64,000 nt of DNA from Ilumatobacteraceae bacterium. GTDB taxonomy: Bacteria; Actinomycetota; Acidimicrobiia; Acidimicrobiales; Ilumatobacteraceae. The stretch is from assembly GCA_031430695.1 (NCBI GenBank), contig JANPBZ010000134.1, positions 8,683 to 72,682 on the forward strand, in the 5' to 3' direction. Below, one piece after another: positions 9,018 to 17,123 of the stretch. How positions within the stretch are numbered: the stretch's first letter is position 1; every line of letters starts with the position of its first letter. The notes under the pieces were generated by a model. The model was not told the DNA's origin and did no database searches. It saw only the letters and a program-made list of their open reading frames with translations. Made by a program: the position numbers and the translations under genes.

Positions 9018-10415
9018 TCAGGCAAGAGGGAGGCGAACGCAGGCATCCAGTCCGCCGTCGTTGCGGTTGACCAGGTCCACTTCGCCGCCACTGGCCTCGG
9101 CCAATTGCCGAACGATGGCCAGCCCCAGCCCAGAACCTTCGTGGCCTGCGCTTGAGGCCCTCCAGAATCGATCAAAGGCGTGCTGCAGTTGGTCGGTGGG
9201 CATGCCTGGACCGCGATCGGTCACGTGCACTTCCGCCCAACCGTTGTCACCGACCGCCGACACGGTGATCTCGTTGCCCGGTCCGCCGGCATTGAGCGCG
9301 TTGTCGATGTAGTTGTCGACGATCTGTTCGAGTGCGCCGGGCACGGCTCGCGCCGTGAGGGTGGCAATTCCGCCGGCGGTCAACCTGACTCCTCGCTCAT
9401 CGGCAAGTGGCGCCCAGATCGCGGCGCGTTCGGTGACGATGTCGGCAACATCGATGGTCTCGGTCGCCATGGTTCCCTGATCCGCCCGGGCCAGCATCAA
9501 CAGTCCCTCGACGAGGCGCTGCAACCGTTCCGTCTCCTCGCTGGCAGCCTCGATGTCGCCGCGCGCCGCAGCCGGGTCGGTCTCGATATTGACGGCGGCG
9601 CGTTCGAGTTGCAGTCGCAACGCCGTCAGCGGGGTTCGCAATTGGTGCGAGGCATCGCCGGCGAACGACCGTTGCCGCTCGACCAGCGTCGAGATCTTCT
9701 CCGTCATGGTGTTGAACGATGCGGCAAGACCGCGGATCTCCGGCGCGCCTTCGTCGATCACCGCCCTGCTGTCGAAGTTGCCTCCGGCAACTTGCTCGGT
9801 CGCGCGCTGCAGGCGGCGCAATGGCCGAACAATGGTCGCGGCCATCAACGCGGCAGCCAGCGCGGCTGCGCCGAGGGAGATCAGGCCGACCGCGACGATC
9901 CCGCGAAGCTTGTCGGATACCCGGTCGTCGACACTTGCGGCCGAATACGTGAGTCGAACGACACCGACCGGCAAGGCGCCCGACAGGACCGGCACGGCGA
10001 CATAGATGATGTCGCCGCCGAGGGTATCCGAGGGCCTCCGCCCCGAGCTGGGGCTTCCGCTGAGCGCCGCAGCGATCTCGGGTCGCGTCGAGAAGTCGTC
10101 ACCGCGGCGCGCTTCATCTCCCGAGACGGCAACCGCGATGCCCAACTCGTCGGTGACCACCACGCGAGCGCCGGTCCTCGTTCGATAGATGTCGACGGTG
10201 CTCTGCAGAGCGTCCTGACTCTGTTCGCCTGAAGCGAACCCCTCACCCGACAGGGCATCATCGGATGAACCGGCCAGGATGAAGGCGTCGCGCTGAATCG
10301 AAGCCAGCACGCGTTCGGTCTCGACGGTGCGCAGATAGCGACCCAACGGGATGTCCTGTGCAGCAAGAATGACGATCGTGACGCCGACGAAGGCAGCGAT
10401 CAACCGCCATCTCAC
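9018..10415 (-). CDS. Sensor histidine kinase (TM-periplasmic-TM-HAMP-HisKA-HATPase)
   Basis: H-box ASHQLRTPLTAL, N-box DNYIDNALNAG, G-boxes VTDRGPGMP and GSGLGLAIV. GTG 10415 overlaps the regulator's stop (GTGA). Upstream ORF-track residues are Arg-rich non-protein-like sequence. Confidence 0.85.
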   Translation of the reverse strand: MRWRLIAAFVGVTIVILAAQDIPLGRYLRTVETERVLASIQRDAFILAGSSDDALSGEGFASGEQSQDALQSTVDIYRTRTGARVVVTDELGIAVAVSGDEARRGDDFSTRPEIAAALSGSPSSGRRPSDTLGGDIIYVAVPVLSGALPVGVVRLTYSAASVDDRVSDKLRGIVAVGLISLGAAALAAALMAATIVRPLRRLQRATEQVAGGNFDSRAVIDEGAPEIRGLAASFNTMTEKISTLVERQRSFAGDASHQLRTPLTALRLQLERAAVNIETDPAAARGDIEAASEETERLQRLVEGLLMLARADQGTMATETIDVADIVTERAAIWAPLADERGVRLTAGGIATLTARAVPGALEQIVDNYIDNALNAGGPGNEITVSAVGDNGWAEVHVTDRGPGMPTDQLQHAFDRFWRASSAGHEGSGLGLAIVRQLAEASGGEVDLVNRNDGGLDACVRLPLA

Positions 10416-11089
10416 GACGGAGCTTCCAACCGAAAGCCGACACCTCGAACCGCCTCGATCCATCCGTGGTGGCCGAGTTTCTTGCGCAGTGAGGCGACGT
10501 GGGCATCGACTGTTTTGGTGGGCCCGTACCAATGGGCGTCCCACACAGTCTCGAGAATCTCCGTCCGAGTATGCACCGCCCCGACATCGTTGGCCAGAAA
10601 GGCCAACAGATCGAACTCCTTGGCGGTCAGCGCGATCTCGTCGCCATTGATTCGAACTCGTCGTGTGCGTCGGTCGAGCTCCATCGCTCCGACCGTTTGC
10701 GGCGCGCTCATGTCGCGATCCTCGGCATTCGGAGGGCCGTCGTTGGTTCGCCGGGCCACAGCCCCGATTCGGGCGACGAGCTCGCGCAGGCTGAACGGCT
10801 TGGTGACGTAGTCGTCGGCGCCCAGCTCGAGGCCCAGCACTCGGTCGAACTCCTCGCTGCGAGCGGTGAGCATGATGATTGGCCTGCGCGAGCGTTGCCG
10901 CAGCTGACGGCACACATCGCGTCCGTCCATGTCGGGCAGGCCGAGATCGAGAAGCACCATCTCGTGGTCGGGCTCGGCCAGTGCGCCCGCCCCCGTCGTG
11001 ACATGCACGACCGTGTGACCCGCAGCGGTCAGTCCTTCGACCAACGTGTCGGCGATGGCCTTGTCATCTTCGACCAACAGCAGCTTCAC
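10412..11089 (-). CDS. OmpR/PhoB-family response regulator
   Basis: Receiver domain VKLLLVEDD...LLDLGLPDMDG and winged-helix region LTAKEFDLLAFLA. GTG 11089 gives the canonical N-terminus; ATG 11137 is the alternative. Confidence 0.9.
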   Translation of the reverse strand: MKLLLVEDDKAIADTLVEGLTAAGHTVVHVTTGAGALAEPDHEMVLLDLGLPDMDGRDVCRQLRQRSRRPIIMLTARSEEFDRVLGLELGADDYVTKPFSLRELVARIGAVARRTNDGPPNAEDRDMSAPQTVGAMELDRRTRRVRINGDEIALTAKEFDLLAFLANDVGAVHTRTEILETVWDAHWYGPTKTVDAHVASLRKKLGHHGWIEAVRGVGFRLEAPS

Positions 11090-11231
11090 ATGGTCATTGT
11101 GACAAGTCCGCCAACGCCCGCGGCTCTTCTTGGACAAATCTTGGATATTCGCAGCCCGTCCCTTGGGAGGTGCCTCCGTACCGTGCGGTGCATGCGATCC
11201 GCGTGATCGCTACGACGGAAAGGTCTGAACC

Positions 11232-11777
11232 ATGAAGGCACGAATTGCAACAATGATCTCAATCGCCGGAGTGCTGGTGGCCGGCTCGGCTGCAGCGCTG
11301 GTGAACACCCAGGTGCTCAGCGGCAGCGCGTCGCCCTCCCCACTCGTTGTCGATGCTGCATCGCCGACGCAGCCCTCGATCGCCACCACGTTGTCGGCGA
11401 CAACGCCGACCATCACGGCTGTCCCTCTGGTTGAGGCGGCAGCGACACCGGCTCCCGCCGCTGTGGCCACCCAGGCGGTCTATGCGATCGGTACATCCGG
11501 CACCGTGACACTCGATACCGTCGGCGATGTTCTGACGATCGTCGATGTCACGCCTGCCCCGGGCTGGACCATCACCGATTCGGAGCGAGAAGACGCAACG
11601 AACGTCGAGATCAAGTTCCAGTCCGGCAGCATCGAGGTCGAGTTCCACGCCAACTTGCTGTTCGGCGTCGTGACCACCTCGGTCGAGTCCGACGATCAGT
11701 CGGCATCCAGTAATTCGACGAGCAACTCCGTGGATGACCGCGGCGGTCGCGACGACCATGGTGACGACGATGACTGA
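11232..11777 (+). CDS. Secreted hypothetical protein
   Basis: Signal-peptide-like N-terminus MKARIATMISIAGVLVAGSAAALV, a beta-rich core and an acidic C-terminal tail. Divergent from the two-component genes. Confidence 0.5.
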   Translation: MKARIATMISIAGVLVAGSAAALVNTQVLSGSASPSPLVVDAASPTQPSIATTLSATTPTITAVPLVEAAATPAPAAVATQAVYAIGTSGTVTLDTVGDVLTIVDVTPAPGWTITDSEREDATNVEIKFQSGSIEVEFHANLLFGVVTTSVESDDQSASSNSTSNSVDDRGGRDDHGDDDD

Positions 11778-12210
11778 GCCGATGCTGCCAACTGCGGCCG
11801 AGCGACTCGCCGCACTTCGCGCACCGTCGAAGAAGCGCAGCAGACCGGCCAACACGTCGAAGATCCTGTCGGCCGGCTTATCAACGACAGCCATGTTCGG
11901 CCTGGTCACGGCGATGGGTTGGTCGAGCGGCGCCGGCAGCGTGCAGGCCACGTCAGCACCGGTCGCGCCGATCATCCAAGGCGCTGCGGCGGCGGCGGCG
12001 CCCACTGTCGCAGCACCTACCGCCGTCGTGTCAGCAGCTCCGGTCGAGCCCACTGTCGCCCCGTTGGTGCCAGTGGCGCCCGCGCAGCCGGCGGTTCCGG
12101 CGCCGGCAGCCCCGGTCGTGGTTCCCGTCGTCATTCCGGTGGCTGTTCCCGTTGCCCAACCGCGGGTGCAGGCGGCAGCGTCGAACACCACTACGAGCGC
12201 CTCAGGCTGA
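11770..12210 (+). CDS. Single-pass membrane protein with Pro/Ala/Val-rich ectodomain, hypothetical
   Basis: ATG 11770 overlaps the upstream stop (11775-11777). TM segment ILSAGLSTTAMFGLVTAMGW is followed by a low-complexity PAV tract. Coding status is moderately uncertain. Confidence 0.4.
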   Translation: MTEPMLPTAAERLAALRAPSKKRSRPANTSKILSAGLSTTAMFGLVTAMGWSSGAGSVQATSAPVAPIIQGAAAAAAPTVAAPTAVVSAAPVEPTVAPLVPVAPAQPAVPAPAAPVVVPVVIPVAVPVAQPRVQAAASNTTTSASG

Positions 12211-12213
12211 ACC

Positions 12214-13194
12214 GTGAGCCTCGATGTTCACGTCGGGTCGTGGCGAGCGATGGGATGCACTGTCGACGTTGTCGTCGTCGGCGGGTCACCCGGCTTGCTG
12301 TATCTGGCGAGAACGTCGATCGATCACCTCGAACGACGCTGGAGTCGCTTGCTGCCAGAGAGCGACAACAGCCGTCTGAACCGCGGCGCCCGGGCCACCG
12401 TTCCCCACGACCCGGCGACGCCGGTCCTCGTTCAGTCCATGGTCGATGGTTGGCGGGCAACCACGGGCGCGTTCGACCCCACGTTGCTCGCGCCGTTGGT
12501 CGGCCTTGGATACAGCGCGAGTTGGCATGATCCGACTTCGGTCACGTCGTTGCCCCCGGGTTCACTGCCCCGCGGCGATCTCGCTGCGATCTCGATCGAC
12601 CGCCAGCGCAACATGGTCAGCGTCCCGCCTGGGATGTGCCTCGACGCAGGTGGCATTGGCAAGGGGCTGGCAGCGGATCTCGTGGTCGGCTATCTGATCG
12701 ATGCCGGGGCCGCCGGTGCGTCGGTGTCGATCGGCGGCGATGTGGCCGTACGCGGCAACGCGCCACAGCCCGGCGGTTGGTTGATCGGTGTTGTCGACCC
12801 GATGAACATCGAGATCGAGACGGGTCAACTGACGATGGTCGAAGGCGGTGTCGCCACCTCGGGCACATTGCGTCGACGGTGGGAAACTGACGACGGTGAA
12901 TCGGTACATCATCTCCTCGATCCGACGACCGGAAGGCCCGTACTGCACGATCGCGAGATCGTGGCCGTCACCGTCATCGCCGGCACGGCGGCGTGGGCGG
13001 AAGTGTGGACCAAGGCCGTGATGGTGCTGGGCGCGGGCATGCTTGCCGCACTCGACGAACTCGGGCTCGGCGCCCAGGTGACCTATGCCGGCGCGGCGAC
13101 GGTGACCAACCAGTCGTGGTCGGCCTTCGCCGTCTCACGCCAGCAGCGGGGCGACCTCGCCGGCGATGAAGTCGACATGGTCGAGGTCCGATAG
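12214..13194 (+). CDS. apbE: FAD:protein FMN transferase (ApbE family)
   Basis: ApbE core including DAGGIGKGLAAD and SGTLRRRW..HHLLDPTTGRP. GTG start. The 3' end overlaps the convergent LLM gene by 60 nt. Confidence 0.8.
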   Translation: MSLDVHVGSWRAMGCTVDVVVVGGSPGLLYLARTSIDHLERRWSRLLPESDNSRLNRGARATVPHDPATPVLVQSMVDGWRATTGAFDPTLLAPLVGLGYSASWHDPTSVTSLPPGSLPRGDLAAISIDRQRNMVSVPPGMCLDAGGIGKGLAADLVVGYLIDAGAAGASVSIGGDVAVRGNAPQPGGWLIGVVDPMNIEIETGQLTMVEGGVATSGTLRRRWETDDGESVHHLLDPTTGRPVLHDREIVAVTVIAGTAAWAEVWTKAVMVLGAGMLAALDELGLGAQVTYAGAATVTNQSWSAFAVSRQQRGDLAGDEVDMVEVR

Positions 13195-14070
13195 GTCGAG
13201 GACCTGCAAATAGACCCGGTCGGCGCCGACGTCGGTGTACTTGCGAATGGCTGCAGCGGTCTCTTCGGCCGATCCAGCCGCGCCGTTCGCGCGAAGCTCG
13301 GCCGGCTCGCGCCCGATTGCTGCCGCACGACGAACGACGTCGGCCTCGGTTCCACCTGCACACACCACGAGCGCAACCGAGTAGCTCATCGGGCGCTGTC
13401 GGTTGATCGCCGCGCATGCAACCTCGACACGTTGTTTGCGTTCGGTGAACGTCTCGACCGAAGCAAATGCGACGTTGCACTCGGTCGCGTATCGGGCGGT
13501 CAAGGCCGGCGTACGCGTCTTGCCACCACCACCGATGATGATCGGTATCGGTTGCTGGACTGGCTTGGGCAAGCCCGGCGAGTCGGTCACGCTGTGCACC
13601 GAGCCGGCGTAGCTGAAGGTCTCGCCGGTCGGCGTGCCCCACAGACCATCGATGATCGCCAGCTGATCGGTGAGGCTGTTGAACCGCGCTGCCGCGTCGG
13701 GGAAGTCGAAGCCATAGGCCGTGTGCTCGGCTTCGTACCAACCGGCGCCGATGCCCAGCTCGACGCGCCCGCCACTCATCTGATCCACCTGGGCGACACT
13801 GATCGCCAGCAGACCGGGACCGCGGAACGTGACCGGCGAGACCAGGGTTCCGAGGCGGATGGTCGAGGTCTCACGGGCAAGCCCGCCCAGCGTGACCCAG
13901 GCATCGGTGGGCCCCGGCAGACCGCTCGACCCACCCATCACCAGGTAGTGGTCACTGCGGAAGAAACCTCCGAAACCGAGCGCTTCGGCACGCTGGGCCA
14001 CCGCCAGCAACGTGTCGTACGAGGCGCCCTGCTGAGGCTCGGTGAAGATGGACAGGTCGGCGAGCTGCAT
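13135..14070 (-). CDS. LLM-class (luciferase-like) flavin/F420-dependent oxidoreductase
   Basis: Start at MQLADLSIFTEPQQGASYDTLLAVAQRAEALGFGGFFRSDHY (ATG 14070), followed by GRVELGIGAGWYEAEH. The remaining 290 upstream codons of the track ORF are Arg/His/Pro-rich artefact. Confidence 0.8.
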   Translation of the reverse strand: MQLADLSIFTEPQQGASYDTLLAVAQRAEALGFGGFFRSDHYLVMGGSSGLPGPTDAWVTLGGLARETSTIRLGTLVSPVTFRGPGLLAISVAQVDQMSGGRVELGIGAGWYEAEHTAYGFDFPDAAARFNSLTDQLAIIDGLWGTPTGETFSYAGSVHSVTDSPGLPKPVQQPIPIIIGGGGKTRTPALTARYATECNVAFASVETFTERKQRVEVACAAINRQRPMSYSVALVVCAGGTEADVVRRAAAIGREPAELRANGAAGSAEETAAAIRKYTDVGADRVYLQVLDLSDLDHVDFIAGEVAPLLA

Positions 14071-14102
14071 CAGCGGACAGTAGCGGCCTCGGCCGTCGGC
14101 TG

Positions 14103-15338
14103 TCAGGCGATGATCGACTGGTACACGAGCTGCTTGAGTTGGCTGCGGATGGGGTGGGTGCTGCTGGGAAGCAGTTGGGTGAAGAACTGCACGGTGAGGT
14201 CCTGCGCCGGGTCGATCCAGAACGCCGTGCTGGCCGCGCCGCCCCATGCGTACTCGCCGGCGCTTCCCGGCACACGGGCCTTGACGGGGTCGATGGTCAC
14301 GCTGACTCCCAGCCCGAAGCCAACACCATCGAACGTCGTCTCGGCGAACAACGGCCGGCCGAACGCACTGAGGTCGACGCCGCCCGGCAAGTGGTTGCTG
14401 GCCATGTACTTCACGGTGCCCGGAGCCAGGATGCGCACTCCATCGAGCTCGCCGCCGTGCAGCAACATCTGGGTGAAACGGTGGTAGTCGTGAGCAGTGC
14501 TCACCAGCCCACCGCCGCCGCCGTGCGCCTTCGGTTCGCGCAGCGTGTCGCGGTCCATGGCTTCCATGCGCACCGCCTTGCGCGTCTGCGGATCCGCGCC
14601 GTACAACGTGGCGAGGCGAGGAGCGTGCTCTTCGTCGACGAACCAGGTGGTCTCGTGCATGCCCAGTGGCTCCAACAGCCGGGTGCGCATGAGCTGATCG
14701 AGGCGTTGGCCGGTGATGACTTCCAACACCCGGCCGAGCACGTCGAGACCGACCGAGTAGTTCCACTCGGTGCCAGGTTGGAACAGCAGTGGCAGCGCCG
14801 CCCACCTGTCGACGATTGCCTCGAGATCGAGGTCGCGGGGCATACCCCATTCGAAACCGGCCTTGCGATACATGGCGTCGACCGGATGGGCGAACATGAA
14901 CCCGTAGGTCAGCCCGCTGGTGTGCGCGAACAGATGCCACAAGCGCATCTTCTCGACGACCGGATCCAAGATCGGTGACGTCGAGCTACCCGCCCGCCAC
15001 ACCCGCTGATGCCTGAACGCTGGGATGTATCGGTACACCGGGTCGTTCAACTCGAAGGCACCCTCTTCCCACAGCTGTAATGCCAGCACGGCGGTGATGG
15101 GCTTGGTCATCGAGAAGATGCGCCACAAGGTGTCGGTCTCGACCGCGGCCGCGGCCTCGATGTCGCGATGGCCGTAGGACGACAGGTGCACGATCTTGCC
15201 GCGCCGGCTGACGCTGATCAGCCAGCCCGGCAGCCTCCCATCGTCGACGTACTTGCGGAAGTGGGTGTCGATGCGGGCGAGTCGCTCGGCCGAGATCCCG
15301 ACATCGGTTGGGTCGCCTTCGATCTCAAGTGTTGCCAT
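14103..15338 (-). CDS. Serine hydrolase (beta-lactamase / EstB-type esterase family)
   Basis: S-x-x-K motif FSMTKP and overall class-C-like architecture. Start is ATG 15338 (MATLEIEG) or ATG 15362. Confidence 0.8.
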   Translation of the reverse strand: MATLEIEGDPTDVGISAERLARIDTHFRKYVDDGRLPGWLISVSRRGKIVHLSSYGHRDIEAAAAVETDTLWRIFSMTKPITAVLALQLWEEGAFELNDPVYRYIPAFRHQRVWRAGSSTSPILDPVVEKMRLWHLFAHTSGLTYGFMFAHPVDAMYRKAGFEWGMPRDLDLEAIVDRWAALPLLFQPGTEWNYSVGLDVLGRVLEVITGQRLDQLMRTRLLEPLGMHETTWFVDEEHAPRLATLYGADPQTRKAVRMEAMDRDTLREPKAHGGGGGLVSTAHDYHRFTQMLLHGGELDGVRILAPGTVKYMASNHLPGGVDLSAFGRPLFAETTFDGVGFGLGVSVTIDPVKARVPGSAGEYAWGGAASTAFWIDPAQDLTVQFFTQLLPSSTHPIRSQLKQLVYQSIIA

Positions 15339-15385
15339 CGGGATCGACGATACGACGATCACCGACTGGTGCGTGGTGTCGGGCG

Positions 15386-15874
15386 CTACGGATCAGGTAC
15401 CTTCGGCCGCCCGGCCGAACCAGGCGCAGCAGTCGAGATTCGTCGCAACCACACCGCCACCGGTCCTGCCGGATCCTCGACGTACCACGACTCCCATCCA
15501 CCTGGGACGAAGCCTTCGGCGCGCTCGACCACCCACGTCGCGGCCTCGGCTGCGAGGGTCGCCAGCGGCGCCATTGCCACCACCTCAGCAGCGCCGGGTC
15601 GTGGTGCCAGGCGGGCAAGGGTGGTCCACAGGTTGGTGGTCATCAGCATTGGCCATGCGCTCGGCCAGTCGAGTTCGGGCAGATGGCTGCCGCGCCGGTT
15701 GTTGCAGCGGCGATGAGCAAGGCGCAGGTTGGCCATGTCGGGCGAGCCACCCCTCGACCGCGGCACGAGATGGTCGATGGTTGCCTGCCAGGGTCCGATC
15801 GCTGCGGCGTCGATGGCATCGCCGCACAACCAGCACCACCAACCATCACGCTCGGCGAGACGGGAGAGTTGCAT
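15386..15874 (-). CDS. HNH endonuclease domain protein with an uncharacterised C-terminal half
   Basis: CWLCGD...IDHLVPRSRGGSPDMANLRLAHRRCNNRRG (Cys pair, HNH core). Overlaps the 3' end of the upstream PhyH gene by 29 nt. Confidence 0.65.
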   Translation of the reverse strand: MQLSRLAERDGWWCWLCGDAIDAAAIGPWQATIDHLVPRSRGGSPDMANLRLAHRRCNNRRGSHLPELDWPSAWPMLMTTNLWTTLARLAPRPGAAEVVAMAPLATLAAEAATWVVERAEGFVPGGWESWYVEDPAGPVAVWLRRISTAAPGSAGRPKVPDP

Positions 15875-16745
15875 CGCTCAGGCCGGCGGCGCGGTAGGGG
15901 GCCATGTCGATGTCTGGGTAGCGCACTTCCATGTTGGCGATGGTCTGGTCGGTCCAGTAAGGGTGGCCGGGTGCTGGGATGTCGAGCAGAGTGCGTGTGC
16001 CAGGTTCGACGTTGGTGACGAACTCGATCATCTCGGGACGGTTCCCGAGGTGTCCGAACGCGTGCTTGTTGGTCCAGTTGGCGTCGGCTGCCTTGTAGTC
16101 GGCGAGGACCGTGAAGCGTGACGCATTCGCTCCAGTCATCGACGTTGCCCTGTGGAACACTTCGGTCGAATACACCAGCGTGGTGCCGGCCTTGCCGCAG
16201 GCCAGCACTTCGCGGTCGCGTAGATCGCCTGGCTCGGTTCGTCGCTGACCGAGGGGAATATGGGCCGAGTACCGCTTCGGCACCGCAGCCGTTGCCCCGT
16301 TGTCCTCGTCGACATCGCACAGGTAGGTGAAGGTCGTGACCTGCATCCAACGTCGCTTCTCGCTCGGCACCACCAATGTGTGGTTGCCGAAGTCGCGGTG
16401 ATGGTGCTGGTCGTAGTTGACGTTGCCTGCGTACTTGGCCCAGAGTTCGCCCTTGTACAACCTGACGTCGTCGACGCCCAGGATTTGACGCACGATCGCC
16501 AAGATGCGCGGGTGGGCGACCAATCGGTTGAGGTCAGGCGAGATCCACGGAAAGTTGATGAGGCCCGAGAACGGAGTGCTGGTCAGTTCGGCGAACGCTT
16601 CCGGCTCGGCGAAGTAGTCCGTTGGCGAAGGAACGTTCTGCCAAACGCCTGCCTGCAGGGTGGCCACTTCGTCCGCATTCAGCACGTCGGGCACCAGCAC
16701 GAATCCGTCGGTGTGGAAGCAGTCCAGCTGTTGCTCGGTCAGCAC
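15846..16745 (-). CDS. Phytanoyl-CoA dioxygenase (PhyH) family Fe(II)/2-oxoglutarate oxygenase
   Basis: N-terminus LTEQQLDCFHTDGFVLVPDVL is typical of PhyH, with an HHHRDF region. GTG start at 16745. Confidence 0.8.
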   Translation of the reverse strand: MLTEQQLDCFHTDGFVLVPDVLNADEVATLQAGVWQNVPSPTDYFAEPEAFAELTSTPFSGLINFPWISPDLNRLVAHPRILAIVRQILGVDDVRLYKGELWAKYAGNVNYDQHHHRDFGNHTLVVPSEKRRWMQVTTFTYLCDVDEDNGATAAVPKRYSAHIPLGQRRTEPGDLRDREVLACGKAGTTLVYSTEVFHRATSMTGANASRFTVLADYKAADANWTNKHAFGHLGNRPEMIEFVTNVEPGTRTLLDIPAPGHPYWTDQTIANMEVRYPDIDMAPYRAAGLSDATLPSRRA

Positions 16746-16791
16746 CTGCGCATTGTCGCACTTCCCGGGGTCCGACCACCCGGCATCCCCA

Positions 16792-16945
16792 CCCCTCCCG
16801 AATCGTCAGTGACGAAACCAGCCCGGCGACATTCCTGGATCTGGGCGCCAAACTCGTGCGCTCGTGCTGGCATTTGGGATGTAGTGGCGCCCAGATCGCC
16901 GGACCCGCCGCGACCCGAGTTTCGTCACTGACGATTCGGAAGGGG
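16792..16945. repeat. 154-nt nested imperfect palindrome (27-nt terminal inverted repeats plus inner 12-nt inverted repeat)
   Basis: The arm at 16792-18 (cccctcccgaatcgtcagtgacgaaac) pairs with the reverse complement of 16919-45 at 26 of 27 positions. The inner pair is ggatctgggcgcc (16838-50) with ggcgcccagatc (16887-98). Each arm contains the near-palindrome TCGTCAGTGACGA. Confidence 0.6.
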
Positions 16946-16991
16946 TCTGGTTGGCAAGTACTCGTCCGCCCTCGGAGCCCAACCTTCCAAA

Positions 16992-17012
16992 CTTGAGTCA
17001 TATCGACTCAAG
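16992..17012. promoter_or_regulatory. HAIR operator (HspR-associated inverted repeat), perfect consensus
   Basis: CTTGAGT-catatcg-ACTCAAG lies 112 nt upstream of the dnaK ATG. hspR closes the same operon. Confidence 0.85.
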
Positions 17013-17056
17013 TTTTCGTCGGTCGATGTTGCGCGGCCCTACCGTGGAGCCGTAAA

Positions 17057-17077
17057 CTTGCGTCACGTTCACTCAAG
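17057..17077. promoter_or_regulatory. Second HAIR operator (one mismatch)
   Basis: CTTGcGT-cacgttc-ACTCAAG lies 47 nt upstream of the dnaK ATG. Confidence 0.75.
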
Positions 17078-17123
17078 TTTGAGCCGTCCACCCCCAATTG
17101 TTTGCATCGAAGGAGTCACCCCC

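Noticed and set aside
13135-13194. A 60-nt convergent overlap of the apbE and LLM-oxidoreductase 3' ends, considered as a possible antisense regulatory arrangement.
   Set aside because: The last 20 codons or so of the ApbE frame look like a non-conserved tail, so the overlap is probably incidental read-through to the first stop in a GC-rich region.
14071-14940. The N-terminal extension of the 601-aa ORF containing the LLM oxidoreductase. Analogous extensions occur at 6393-6803, 10416-10913, 22819-23064 and 4990-5448.
   Set aside because: These are Arg/His/Pro-rich sequences overlapping real genes on the other strand. The recognisable domains start at internal ATG or GTG codons that also give sensible operon spacing.
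16746-17123. A CIRCE element (TTAGCACTC-N9-GAGTGCTAA) or sigma-32-type heat-shock promoter upstream of dnaK.
   Set aside because: None is present. The region instead carries two HAIR sites, consistent with HspR rather than HrcA control.
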